From Candidatus Levyibacteriota bacterium (lineage in GTDB: Bacteria; Patescibacteriota; Microgenomatia; Levybacterales; GWA1-39-11): a stretch of DNA of 64,000 nt. The number at the start of each line of letters is the position of its first letter. Position 1 is the first letter of the stretch. The DNA is taken from NCBI GenBank assembly GCA_018062815.1, contig JAGORM010000001.1, forward strand, positions 87,029-151,028, read 5' to 3'. The position numbers and the translations under genes are program-made. The notes below the pieces were generated by a model that saw nothing but the letters and a program-made list of their open reading frames with translations, searched no databases and had not been told where the DNA came from. Positions 51,300-59,979 of this stretch are shown here, piece by piece.

Positions 51300-52781
51300 A
51301 TGGATACAAAAAAAATAAACTCAAACAATATATCCATCCATTTTCCACCCGTAGTTTCAGTACTGGGACATGTTGACCACGGAAAGACTTCACTTTTAGA
51401 TGCAATAAGAAAGTCAGATATAGCAGCCCGTGAAAAGGGAGGAATAACGCAGCGGATTGGAACTTCTGAAATAGAAATTGAGCACGAAGGCAAGAAGAGG
51501 GCGATAACCTTTATTGACACACCAGGTCATGAGGCATTTTTTACCATGCGCGCTCAAGGCGTGAACGCTTCTGATATTGCACTTCTTGTGGTGGCAGCGG
51601 ACGATGGTATAAAACCTCAGACAAAGGAGTCAATTGAGAAGGTTCTTGAGGCTAAAATCCCATTTATTGTGGTTATTACAAAAATTGATCTTGAAACAGC
51701 GCAGATAGAAAGAACAAAGCAAATGATACTAGGTGAAGGGATATTGTTAGAAGGACTAGGCGGTGAAACACCTTATATAGGAGTATCATCAAAAACTGGC
51801 GAGCATGTGAAGGATCTTCTAGACCTTATACTTCTCGTGTATGACCTTTCACGCACTGAAAAAAAACAAGATGTTCCATTTATGGGAGTTGTTATTGATT
51901 CAAAGTTGGACAAAAAAAGAGGAGCAGTTTCAACCGTAATTGTAAAACAAGGAACCCTGAATTCTTCTTCAAAGTTGTATTCAAATGGGAAGGAGTTTGG
52001 AAAAGTGAGAGCACTATTTGCTTCAGATGGGAAGCTGATCAGGGAGGCATTTCCTGGGCAGGGCGTGGAAATATTAGGGCTTACAACCGTTATTCAAACA
52101 GGTACATTATTATTTGATGTGCCACAGGTGGAAAAATTAGAGGGAGTTTCTTCAGTCTCAAAATCTCAGTTCTCCTCACAAGACTTAAGAAGTTTTTTTG
52201 ATGAGCAAGACAAAGAAACTATTTCTATTATTTTAAAAGCTGATACAACTGGTGAAATGGATGCTATAAAAAGTTCTTTACCTAAAGACGTTGCGACCGT
52301 TGCAGAAGGTCAAGGGGAGATTAATATTGCAGATATTTTGCTGGCAAAAGACTTAAAAGCCATAGTTATAGGATTTAATGTGGGAATTACGAAGGAGGCA
52401 AAAAGTTTGGCTGATTCTGAGGGGGTTTTCTATAAGGAATACGCAATTATATACAAATTACTAGATGAGTTAGTTGATTTGGCGCATGGATTAGGACAGG
52501 AGGAGGAAGTTAAAATTAGAGGCAAGGCTGAGATATTAGCTTCATTCCCCACGCAAGAAGGAAGAATTTTAGGGGTAAAGGTGGTAGAGGGGAGACTTGC
52601 CCTACAGGATCCTATTATTGTAACAAGAAAAGACATAGAGGTGGGTCGTGGTAAAATTGTTCTTTTAAAGCGAGGTAAAGTTGAGGTGAAAGAGGTTGCA
52701 AGAAGTCTTGAGTGCGGAGTAACTATAAGTCCTTTTGTTGACTTTGAAGTAGGAGATGTGTTATTATCCCATAGCAAATAA
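51300..52781 (+). CDS. infB: Translation initiation factor IF-2, minimal form (G domain + II + C1 + C2)
   Basis: G1 GHVDHGKTSLLD, G3 DTPGHEAF, NKID-like TKID; 493 aa, no N-terminal domains. Confidence 0.9.
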   Translation: MDTKKINSNNISIHFPPVVSVLGHVDHGKTSLLDAIRKSDIAAREKGGITQRIGTSEIEIEHEGKKRAITFIDTPGHEAFFTMRAQGVNASDIALLVVAADDGIKPQTKESIEKVLEAKIPFIVVITKIDLETAQIERTKQMILGEGILLEGLGGETPYIGVSSKTGEHVKDLLDLILLVYDLSRTEKKQDVPFMGVVIDSKLDKKRGAVSTVIVKQGTLNSSSKLYSNGKEFGKVRALFASDGKLIREAFPGQGVEILGLTTVIQTGTLLFDVPQVEKLEGVSSVSKSQFSSQDLRSFFDEQDKETISIILKADTTGEMDAIKSSLPKDVATVAEGQGEINIADILLAKDLKAIVIGFNVGITKEAKSLADSEGVFYKEYAIIYKLLDELVDLAHGLGQEEEVKIRGKAEILASFPTQEGRILGVKVVEGRLALQDPIIVTRKDIEVGRGKIVLLKRGKVEVKEVARSLECGVTISPFVDFEVGDVLLSHSK

Positions 52782-52823
52782 GGTTCTTCATAAACGAGCC
52801 TAAAAAAGGAGAAATAGGCAGGT

Positions 52824-53915
52824 ATGGATGATTTCAATAAAATAAAAAGTGAATTAGCACAACTCATTTCAGAGAACTCAGGTATTGGTATTATCGTATC
52901 CAGCAATCAGACGCTAGACGTACTTGCAGCTGGAATATCCCTACATCTAATTCTTCAAGATTCTGGAAAAAACTCTCAAATAGCTTCTCAGAAAAACCCC
53001 ACGGTAGAACACTCATTTTTAGTCGGAATAGATCAGCTAAAAAATAGCTTTTCTGGTTTGACTCGCACGCTTACAGTTTCTTTTCCCTATCATGATGGTG
53101 ATATAGAGAAAGTTTCATATAATATAGAGGGTGATAGGCTTAACGTGAACTTATTTGCGGAAGAACAAGGCATAGGTTTTACTGAGAAGGATATAAAATA
53201 CTTTAGACAAGGGTCATCACCAAATTTAGTAATTACAGTCGGTGTACTTCAGGCATCAGAATTGCAGGATTTAGTTGGACCGGAAACAAAAATTATCAAC
53301 ATTGATAACTCAGCAAATAATTCCATGTTTGGGCAAGTGAATATTGTTGATACGTCGTACTCCTCACTGTCTGAATTAGTAGGAAAAATAGCAAGTGAAT
53401 TACAATTCGTTATTGAATTTGACGTAGCTCAAAATTTGTTAGACGGCATAGCTTATGCAACAAATAATTTCATGTCTCCTAAAACATCCCCATTAGCTTT
53501 TGAAATGGCTGGGTTTTTAATGCAAAAAGGGGCAATCCGAAAGAATATGAAGGAAACGCTAACACATACAGATGAGTCCCTAGAAATGTTAGGTAAAAAA
53601 ACAGATAACATAATGAGGAAAGCTCCGAGAAATGAAGGCTTTAGTAAGTCAACACGCGCAATTTCTCAAGATAGACAGATTGATGAGATGCAGAATATGG
53701 CAAAGAAAGAATTTGGGAATGAAGAGGTTTCAAGTCAAATAAACGCTTCAAAGACGCAAACAGTGCCATCCTCAAGTTATCCGAGTGTTCCTCAGCCTGA
53801 GCCTTTTGCCCTGGATGATAATTCATCTGTGTTAGAAAATATACCATCAGAAGATGAAGCTCCCTCTGATTGGTTTACCCCAAAGGTTTTTAAGTCAACT
53901 AAAGGGAATAACTAA
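52824..53915 (+). CDS. NrnA-like DHH/DHHA1-fold protein with degenerate catalytic motifs (putative pseudo-phosphoesterase)
   Basis: N-terminal pattern ...SGIGIIVSSNQTLDVLAAGISLHLIL... parallels NrnA ...IVLTTHVNPDGDALGS.LAL..L. but lacks the DxD Asp residues. The DHH position reads GVL. No GGGH in the C-terminal half. Position between infB and rpsO. Confidence 0.35.
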   Translation: MDDFNKIKSELAQLISENSGIGIIVSSNQTLDVLAAGISLHLILQDSGKNSQIASQKNPTVEHSFLVGIDQLKNSFSGLTRTLTVSFPYHDGDIEKVSYNIEGDRLNVNLFAEEQGIGFTEKDIKYFRQGSSPNLVITVGVLQASELQDLVGPETKIINIDNSANNSMFGQVNIVDTSYSSLSELVGKIASELQFVIEFDVAQNLLDGIAYATNNFMSPKTSPLAFEMAGFLMQKGAIRKNMKETLTHTDESLEMLGKKTDNIMRKAPRNEGFSKSTRAISQDRQIDEMQNMAKKEFGNEEVSSQINASKTQTVPSSSYPSVPQPEPFALDDNSSVLENIPSEDEAPSDWFTPKVFKSTKGNN

Positions 53916-54103
53916 GCCCCACCATAATATCTATCCTAAAATTTCAGCAAGTTTAAAATGAAGAAAGGACATATAGTCAAAGCAGATAAAAGATAATTAT
54001 TGAATTGACAGTGATTATCTGGTATAATAACAATAATATATTCATTAAAGAAAGAAAATTCTAGGCAAATAACTCCTAAATTGGCCTCGAATAATTAAGA
54101 ACA

Positions 54104-54370
54104 ATGGCATTATCAACTGACGAAAAGAAAAAAATTATTGGTGACCACGCAGTGGTTGATGGAGATACTGGAAGTCCAGAGGTTCAAATTGCACTTCTTT
54201 CACACAAAATAGAGAAACTTGCGGAGCATTTAAAAATTCACCAAAAAGACTCTCATAGTAGACGGGGGCTTTTGAATATGCTTTCTAAAAGACGTAGACT
54301 ATTTAACTTTTTAACTAAAATGGATAAGAAGAGATCTGTGGGTATAGGTCAAAAATTTGGTCTTTCATAA
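54104..54370 (+). CDS. rpsO: 30S ribosomal protein S15
   Basis: ...GDTGSPEVQIALLSHKIEKLAEHLKIHQKDSHSRRGLLNMLSKRRRLFNFL matches the S15 signature. Confidence 0.95.
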   Translation: MALSTDEKKKIIGDHAVVDGDTGSPEVQIALLSHKIEKLAEHLKIHQKDSHSRRGLLNMLSKRRRLFNFLTKMDKKRSVGIGQKFGLS

Positions 54371-54420
54371 TTACCTCAATAGAGTAATAATATAAACCAC
54401 GAATAATTGACGACAAAAAA

Positions 54421-56766
54421 ATGAAAAAATTTAAAAAATCCTTTGATATAAACGGTAGAACTGTTACCTTAGAAACTGGACTTCTTGCGGAGCAGACGAC
54501 AGCGGCTGTTTTAGGACGTATGGGTGACACCATGGTTTTAACTACAGTTGTAATGGGTGCAAATGATACTACTTTGGATTATTTTCCCTTAAGCGTTGAA
54601 TATGTAGAGAGACTTTATGCAGGTGGACGTATAAAAGGAAGCCGTTGGGTAAAACGTGAAGGTCGTCCTTCTGATGATGCAATTCTTACCGCACGTCTTA
54701 TTGACCGTTCAATCCGCCCTTTATTTCCTAAGGAGTTAAAAAAAGATGTTCAGGTTGTAATAACAGTTTTATCAGTTGACGGTGAGCATGATCCTGATGT
54801 TCTCTCAGCAATTACCACTTCAGCAGCTCTTTCTGTTTCCAAGATTCCCTGGAACGGACCGATTGGTACATCCCGAGTAGGTTTGATTCGTCAAAATGGA
54901 AATGAGGAATTAGTTATAAATCCACACGTTACCGAATACCCATTTGCAGATATGGACTTGATTGTTTCTTCCCTTAATAACCGGTCTATTATGATAGAGG
55001 CTGGAGCAAAGCAGGTTGAAGAGAAATACTTTATTGATGGTATTAAGAAGGCAAAAGAGGCAAACGCTAAAATAATAGACTTTATAAATGAAATGGTTGT
55101 GGAGATAGGTGACAAGAAGGTAGAACTTTCAAAAGACGAAAAATTGGAAGAAGTAAAGCTACTTGTAGAAAAATCATATAAAGACAAAATGCATAAGCTT
55201 ATTGCAGACGGAGTTACTCGTGAAGTAGGAGGAGAATTAGGAAAAATCGCTGAAGAAATTTATGAAGCTGAAAAGGCAAAGGCTGATAAAAATGGGGAAG
55301 CAATGGAGCTTGATAAAAAAAAGATTGCAACGGGGGTAGATTATGTATTTAAAAAAACAGTTCGTGAGATGATAGTGCGCGAAGGAAAACGTCCAGATGG
55401 ACGCGGACTTAAAGAGATTAGAAAAATTTCAGCTGAAGTTGGTATTTTGCCAAGAACACATGGTTCAGCAGTTTTCACAAGAGGAGAAACTCAAGTCTTG
55501 TCTGTTGCAACATTAGGATCGTCATCTATGGAGCAACTACTTGAAGGTCCTGAAGGTGAAGAAAAGAAGCGTTATATGCATCATTACTCATTCCCACCCT
55601 ACTCTGTGGGGGAAACGGGACGTATGGGAAGTCCTAATAGACGTGAGATTGGACACGGGGCCCTTGCAGAACGTGCATTAGAGGCGGTTTTGCCTGAATC
55701 ACATGTATTTCCTTATGCTATTCGTGTTGTATCGGAGGTTATGAGCTCAAATGGCTCTACTTCTCAAGCTTCTGTGTGTGGTTCTACATTAGCGCTTATG
55801 GATGCAGGGGTGCCTTTGCTTGCTCCAGTTGGGGGAATTGCAATTGGATTAATGACGCTAGACGATAAGTCCATAGTTCTAACAGATATTATCGGTCTTG
55901 AGGATTTTGCAGGGGATATGGATTTTAAAGTTGCTGGAACTACAAAAGGAATTACTGCGATTCAAATGGATACAAAAATTGCTGGTCTTACAGATGAGGT
56001 AGTTGAGGAGACGCTTGAAGACGCTAAGAACGCAAGAACTTCTGTTCTTGAGTCAATGATGAGCGTAATGCCTGAAGCAAGAAAAGACGTATCTAAGTAT
56101 GCACCAAAAATTAAAACTATTAAAATTAATCCAGAAAAAATCGGAGAAGTTATAGGTTCAGGAGGAAAAACTATACGAAATATTTCAGCGTCAACTGGTG
56201 CGACAGTAGATGTTGAAGAAGATGGAACAGTGTCGGTTGCAGCAGTAGACGAAGAGGCAGTTGAAAAAGCGGCACATTGGATAGATCTTATAACAAGAGA
56301 ACTTACGCCGGGAGAAGTTTTTGATGGAACGGTAAAAAGAGTAGTTGGATTTGGTGCATTTGTGGAGATTGTTCCAGGGAAAGAAGGTCTTGTGCATGTT
56401 TCTGAAATGTCTTCTGAATATGTAGCAGATCCAAATGATGTGGTAAAGCTTGGGCAGGAAGTAAAAGTGAGAGTGAAAGAAGTTGATGATCACGGAAGAA
56501 TTAACCTTTCAATGCTTTTTGGAGAAGCTGCTGAAAAAGCTAAAGAAGCAGGTAAAAAAGATGATGGGCGAGGTGGAGATAGGGGTCCAAGAGATGACAA
56601 GCCTAGGTTTGAGAATCGTGAAAGACGTAGCTTTGGACATGGTGGAGCCGGAAGGCGTTCGGGTGGAAGCAGTAGAGGTCCACGCGCTGATTCATCTTCA
56701 CAAGGTGGAGGAATCAGAAATGAATTTGGTAGCACATACTCTGGTACGCGTCGTCCACGAAGATAA
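54421..56766 (+). CDS. pnp: Polynucleotide phosphorylase with RGG/arginine-rich C-terminal extension
   Basis: Two RNase PH domains, KH (GxxG) and S1 domains, then a roughly 90-aa tail (56503-56766) rich in R/G/D/S (…GRGGDRGPRDD…RRSFGHGGAGRRSGGSSRGPR…). Confidence 0.95.
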   Translation: MKKFKKSFDINGRTVTLETGLLAEQTTAAVLGRMGDTMVLTTVVMGANDTTLDYFPLSVEYVERLYAGGRIKGSRWVKREGRPSDDAILTARLIDRSIRPLFPKELKKDVQVVITVLSVDGEHDPDVLSAITTSAALSVSKIPWNGPIGTSRVGLIRQNGNEELVINPHVTEYPFADMDLIVSSLNNRSIMIEAGAKQVEEKYFIDGIKKAKEANAKIIDFINEMVVEIGDKKVELSKDEKLEEVKLLVEKSYKDKMHKLIADGVTREVGGELGKIAEEIYEAEKAKADKNGEAMELDKKKIATGVDYVFKKTVREMIVREGKRPDGRGLKEIRKISAEVGILPRTHGSAVFTRGETQVLSVATLGSSSMEQLLEGPEGEEKKRYMHHYSFPPYSVGETGRMGSPNRREIGHGALAERALEAVLPESHVFPYAIRVVSEVMSSNGSTSQASVCGSTLALMDAGVPLLAPVGGIAIGLMTLDDKSIVLTDIIGLEDFAGDMDFKVAGTTKGITAIQMDTKIAGLTDEVVEETLEDAKNARTSVLESMMSVMPEARKDVSKYAPKIKTIKINPEKIGEVIGSGGKTIRNISASTGATVDVEEDGTVSVAAVDEEAVEKAAHWIDLITRELTPGEVFDGTVKRVVGFGAFVEIVPGKEGLVHVSEMSSEYVADPNDVVKLGQEVKVRVKEVDDHGRINLSMLFGEAAEKAKEAGKKDDGRGGDRGPRDDKPRFENRERRSFGHGGAGRRSGGSSRGPRADSSSQGGGIRNEFGSTYSGTRRPRR

Positions 56767-56912
56767 AGTTTAATTATTATTAAAGTAGTCACTCAAGTAT
56801 ATTTGAAAATTATTCAGTCTATCTAAATATCCCAAGGTAAAAGCATAGGTTATCCACATCTAAGATTTTTGCGTTCCATGACAATACATTCTATTCTTGC
56901 TATACTAATTCT

Positions 56913-58079
56913 ATGAATGATAAAGGATATCCGCTTAATATGGGTGGATTAAATACAAACCCCTCAAGTGTCACTCTTCCAACACAAGATTCAATTCCGC
57001 CACAAAATAATTTAAACTCATCGGACAGCTTTCCTCAGATAACAAAACTTGAGCAATTGGTTTTAAAAGCTTCACTTCCCGTGGATTTACATGAAAAAGC
57101 TACGGGAATGATTCAGCGCTTAAAGCTTATTAGGCATGAATCAAGTTTTTTTATGGAGCTTGACCAGATAGGGCGATACATAGAATGGATAACTGCGCTT
57201 CCTTGGAATTCTGAAACAAAAGATATTTTAGATTTGAATCATGCAAGACAGGTTTTGGAAAAAAATCATTATGGTTTGCTTCAGGTGAAAGAACAGATAC
57301 TTCAATATTTATCTGTGATGATTATTAAATCGTCTCAGGGGGGGACAAAGGATCATTTTTCAAGAGCACCAATAATTTCTCTTGTGGGGCTTGCAGGTGT
57401 AGGAAAAACTACCATTGCGTACTCTATCGCGGAAGCACTTGGAAGGCGCATCGAGCGTATTCCATTTGGTGGTATGGGAGGTGCTGCTATCCTTAGGGGT
57501 CAATCTAGGTCTTCACCTGATGCTGAGCCTGGAGCGGTAATTAAGGCATTACGTCGTTCGGGAACAAATAATCCAGTCATTCTATTAGATGAGATAGATA
57601 GAGTATCGGAGGCTGCAAGAGGAGACATAATGGGTGTGTTAGTTGAATTATTAGATCCGGAGCAAAATAGAGCATTTACAGATCACTATATTGATTACCC
57701 TTTTAATCTTGGAAATGTTTTATTTGTCGCAACTAGTAACAACACCAAAGATATCTCTACAGCAGTTTTAGATAGATTAGAGGTTATTCAAATGCCTTCA
57801 TATGCGGACCTGGAAAAGATTACAATTGCAAAGAATTATTTACTTCCTAAAATTCTTGCAGAATCTGGATTTGTAGCAAATTCGGTATTAGTTTCGGATG
57901 CTGTTTGGGCAGAAATTGTACGACCTCTTGGGTATGATCCGGGAATTCGCTCACTTGCACGTGCGGTTCAGGATATGGTAAGAAAAGTTGCACTTTTTCA
58001 ATTAGATGGAAAATTACCAAAAGGGCAGCCGTTTAGTTTAACAGATCAGAATTTACGTCAATTTATACCCCAATGGTAG
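56913..58079 (+). CDS. Standalone Lon-like AAA+ ATPase module (no S16 protease domain, no full N-domain)
   Basis: Aligns by eye with the Lon segment from ...WNxxxK...HYGLxxVKxxILxYL through Walker A GLAGVGKT, Walker B ILLDEID, ...VLVELLDPEQNRAFTDHY..., ...LDRLEVIQMPSY..., sensor-2 GIRSLARAV. The ORF ends about 60 aa later, followed by a 118-nt gap and rnj. Confidence 0.7.
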   Translation: MNDKGYPLNMGGLNTNPSSVTLPTQDSIPPQNNLNSSDSFPQITKLEQLVLKASLPVDLHEKATGMIQRLKLIRHESSFFMELDQIGRYIEWITALPWNSETKDILDLNHARQVLEKNHYGLLQVKEQILQYLSVMIIKSSQGGTKDHFSRAPIISLVGLAGVGKTTIAYSIAEALGRRIERIPFGGMGGAAILRGQSRSSPDAEPGAVIKALRRSGTNNPVILLDEIDRVSEAARGDIMGVLVELLDPEQNRAFTDHYIDYPFNLGNVLFVATSNNTKDISTAVLDRLEVIQMPSYADLEKITIAKNYLLPKILAESGFVANSVLVSDAVWAEIVRPLGYDPGIRSLARAVQDMVRKVALFQLDGKLPKGQPFSLTDQNLRQFIPQW

Positions 58080-58197
58080 GGGGGGGAGGTATCCTTAGGT
58101 TTATTTCTGATGGGATTTTATGCTTGGATCAAGGTGTTTTATAATTCAACGTGAGTATGTGGTAATTTACTGGTAGAATATACTATTACAAATAAAA

Positions 58198-59856
58198 ATG
58201 AATGAAATAACATTTATATCAATAGGTGGAATTGGCGATGTCACAAAAAATATGTACGCATATATATATGGTGACGAAATTTTATTGGTCGACTGTGGAA
58301 TTGGGTTTGCGGATAGTAATCTTCCCGGGGTTGATCTTTTGATTCCGGATATTTCCTACATTAAAGAAGCCATTAAGAGCGGAAAAAAAATTGTAGGGCT
58401 TCTGCTTTCTCATGGACACGAGGATCATATTGGAGCTCTTCCCTTTATATTACCCCAACTTCCACAATTCCCCGTATATGGTTCAACGCTAACGGCAGCA
58501 CTTGCAAATGACAAGCTTTCAGAATTCGGGATTGATAGGAGAGTTACTGAAATACAATTTTCTGATCCGGCATTAAAACTTGGCGTTTTTTCGGCATCGT
58601 TTATAAGAATGACACATTCGATAATTGATGCATCTAATATCTTAATAGGTACACCTATTGGTAATTTTTATCACGGTTCAGATTTTAAATTTGATTTTAC
58701 TCCTGTTGATGGAAATTTGTCAGAAGTAAACAAGATAGCTTCAGCAGGAGACTCCGGTATTTTATGTCTTATGTCAGACTGTTTAGGTGCAGAAAAGCAT
58801 GGTCACTCTAGGTCTGAGCAGAAGATAAAGGATTCTTTTGAGCTTGCATTCAGGGAAACGAAAGGGAAAGTTTTTGTGACCACATATTCCTCAAATATAT
58901 CCCGACTCAATCAAGCCATTGAGGTAGCGATTTCTCAAGGAAGAAAGGTATGTTTTATGGGAAGATCACTGCTTAAGACTCGTGATGTAGGTAGATCTCT
59001 TAATTATATGAAGTTTCCAAAAAAATTTGAAATACGTCCTCATGAGGTTGCAAAGTATAAGCCTTCAGAAGTTATGATACTGGTAGCCGGTTCTCAAGCT
59101 CAGGAGAGTTCAGCGCTATCAAGGATTACAAATAATGACGACAGAGATTTAAGGATAGAAAAAGGGGATACAGTTATATTTTCAGCAGATCCAATTCCCG
59201 GCAACGAAGAAAATATTTATGCGTTGGTAGATAACCTTTCGCGGCGTGGAGCTCGTGTAATATATTCTGAAATAACAGACGAATTTCATGTATCGGGGCA
59301 TGGATCAGAAAACGATTTGAAGCTATTAATTTCCCTTACACATCCTCGGTATTTTGTTCCAATTGGTGGTACATTTCGACAAATGGCAGCTTACAGAGAA
59401 ATAGTAAAAGCTATGGGGTACCGTGATAATAGTGCGTTTTTAATTGATTCAGGGCAGGAGTTACATTTTTCAAAAGAAGGGGTTAGGTTAGGACGAAAAG
59501 TATCAAATGCAACCATTTTTGTGGATCAAATGACAGGTGAAGAAGTAGAAAACTATATAGTGATAGATAGGGTAAGAATTGCAAAGGAAGGAATAATTAT
59601 AATTATGGTTGAATTGGAGGGGTCAACCGGACAAATCATATCAAACCCTGAAATACTAACAAAGGGATTTGTGTATGAAAAAAAAGAAGAATTTGCTAAA
59701 ACCTTGGGAGACGCACTAGCTCATAGATTTGCAAACAAGAAAGATCCTGTTTCGTCAGTGGGATATTACAAAAAGGTTATTGAAAAAGCTGCTGAAGAGA
59801 TACTCTATAGAGAAGGGCGCTCACCCTTAGTTGTCCCCGTAATTATAGAGGTGTAA
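58198..59856 (+). CDS. rnj: Ribonuclease J (metallo-beta-lactamase/beta-CASP)
   Basis: HxHxDH motif LLLSHGHEDHIGALP, beta-CASP and C-terminal domain; 552 aa. Confidence 0.92.
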   Translation: MNEITFISIGGIGDVTKNMYAYIYGDEILLVDCGIGFADSNLPGVDLLIPDISYIKEAIKSGKKIVGLLLSHGHEDHIGALPFILPQLPQFPVYGSTLTAALANDKLSEFGIDRRVTEIQFSDPALKLGVFSASFIRMTHSIIDASNILIGTPIGNFYHGSDFKFDFTPVDGNLSEVNKIASAGDSGILCLMSDCLGAEKHGHSRSEQKIKDSFELAFRETKGKVFVTTYSSNISRLNQAIEVAISQGRKVCFMGRSLLKTRDVGRSLNYMKFPKKFEIRPHEVAKYKPSEVMILVAGSQAQESSALSRITNNDDRDLRIEKGDTVIFSADPIPGNEENIYALVDNLSRRGARVIYSEITDEFHVSGHGSENDLKLLISLTHPRYFVPIGGTFRQMAAYREIVKAMGYRDNSAFLIDSGQELHFSKEGVRLGRKVSNATIFVDQMTGEEVENYIVIDRVRIAKEGIIIIMVELEGSTGQIISNPEILTKGFVYEKKEEFAKTLGDALAHRFANKKDPVSSVGYYKKVIEKAAEEILYREGRSPLVVPVIIEV

Positions 59857-59979
59857 CAAGTATTCTCAGGTAAATAAAGTTGAAAAAAAGTCCTAAATAG
59901 GCTTATAGTATTGACATCGACATAGATTTTGTGTTACATTGAATATGTTATATAAGAAAGGGTATACTGTTTATTGCTT

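Noticed and set aside
51152-51376. 74-aa K-rich ORF between nusA and infB, considered as a possible ylxR
   Set aside because: Overlaps the nusA 3' end and the infB start. Low-complexity K/N-rich sequence without the YlxR (DUF448) RMCxGCR-type motif.
54891-55187. 98-aa minus-strand ORF inside pnp
   Set aside because: Antisense to the PNPase catalytic core. Ser/Phe-rich reverse-frame artefact.
56483-56792. Two approximately 100-aa ORFs on both strands at the 3' end of pnp
   Set aside because: By-products of the low-complexity RGG-rich PNPase tail. Fully overlapped by pnp.
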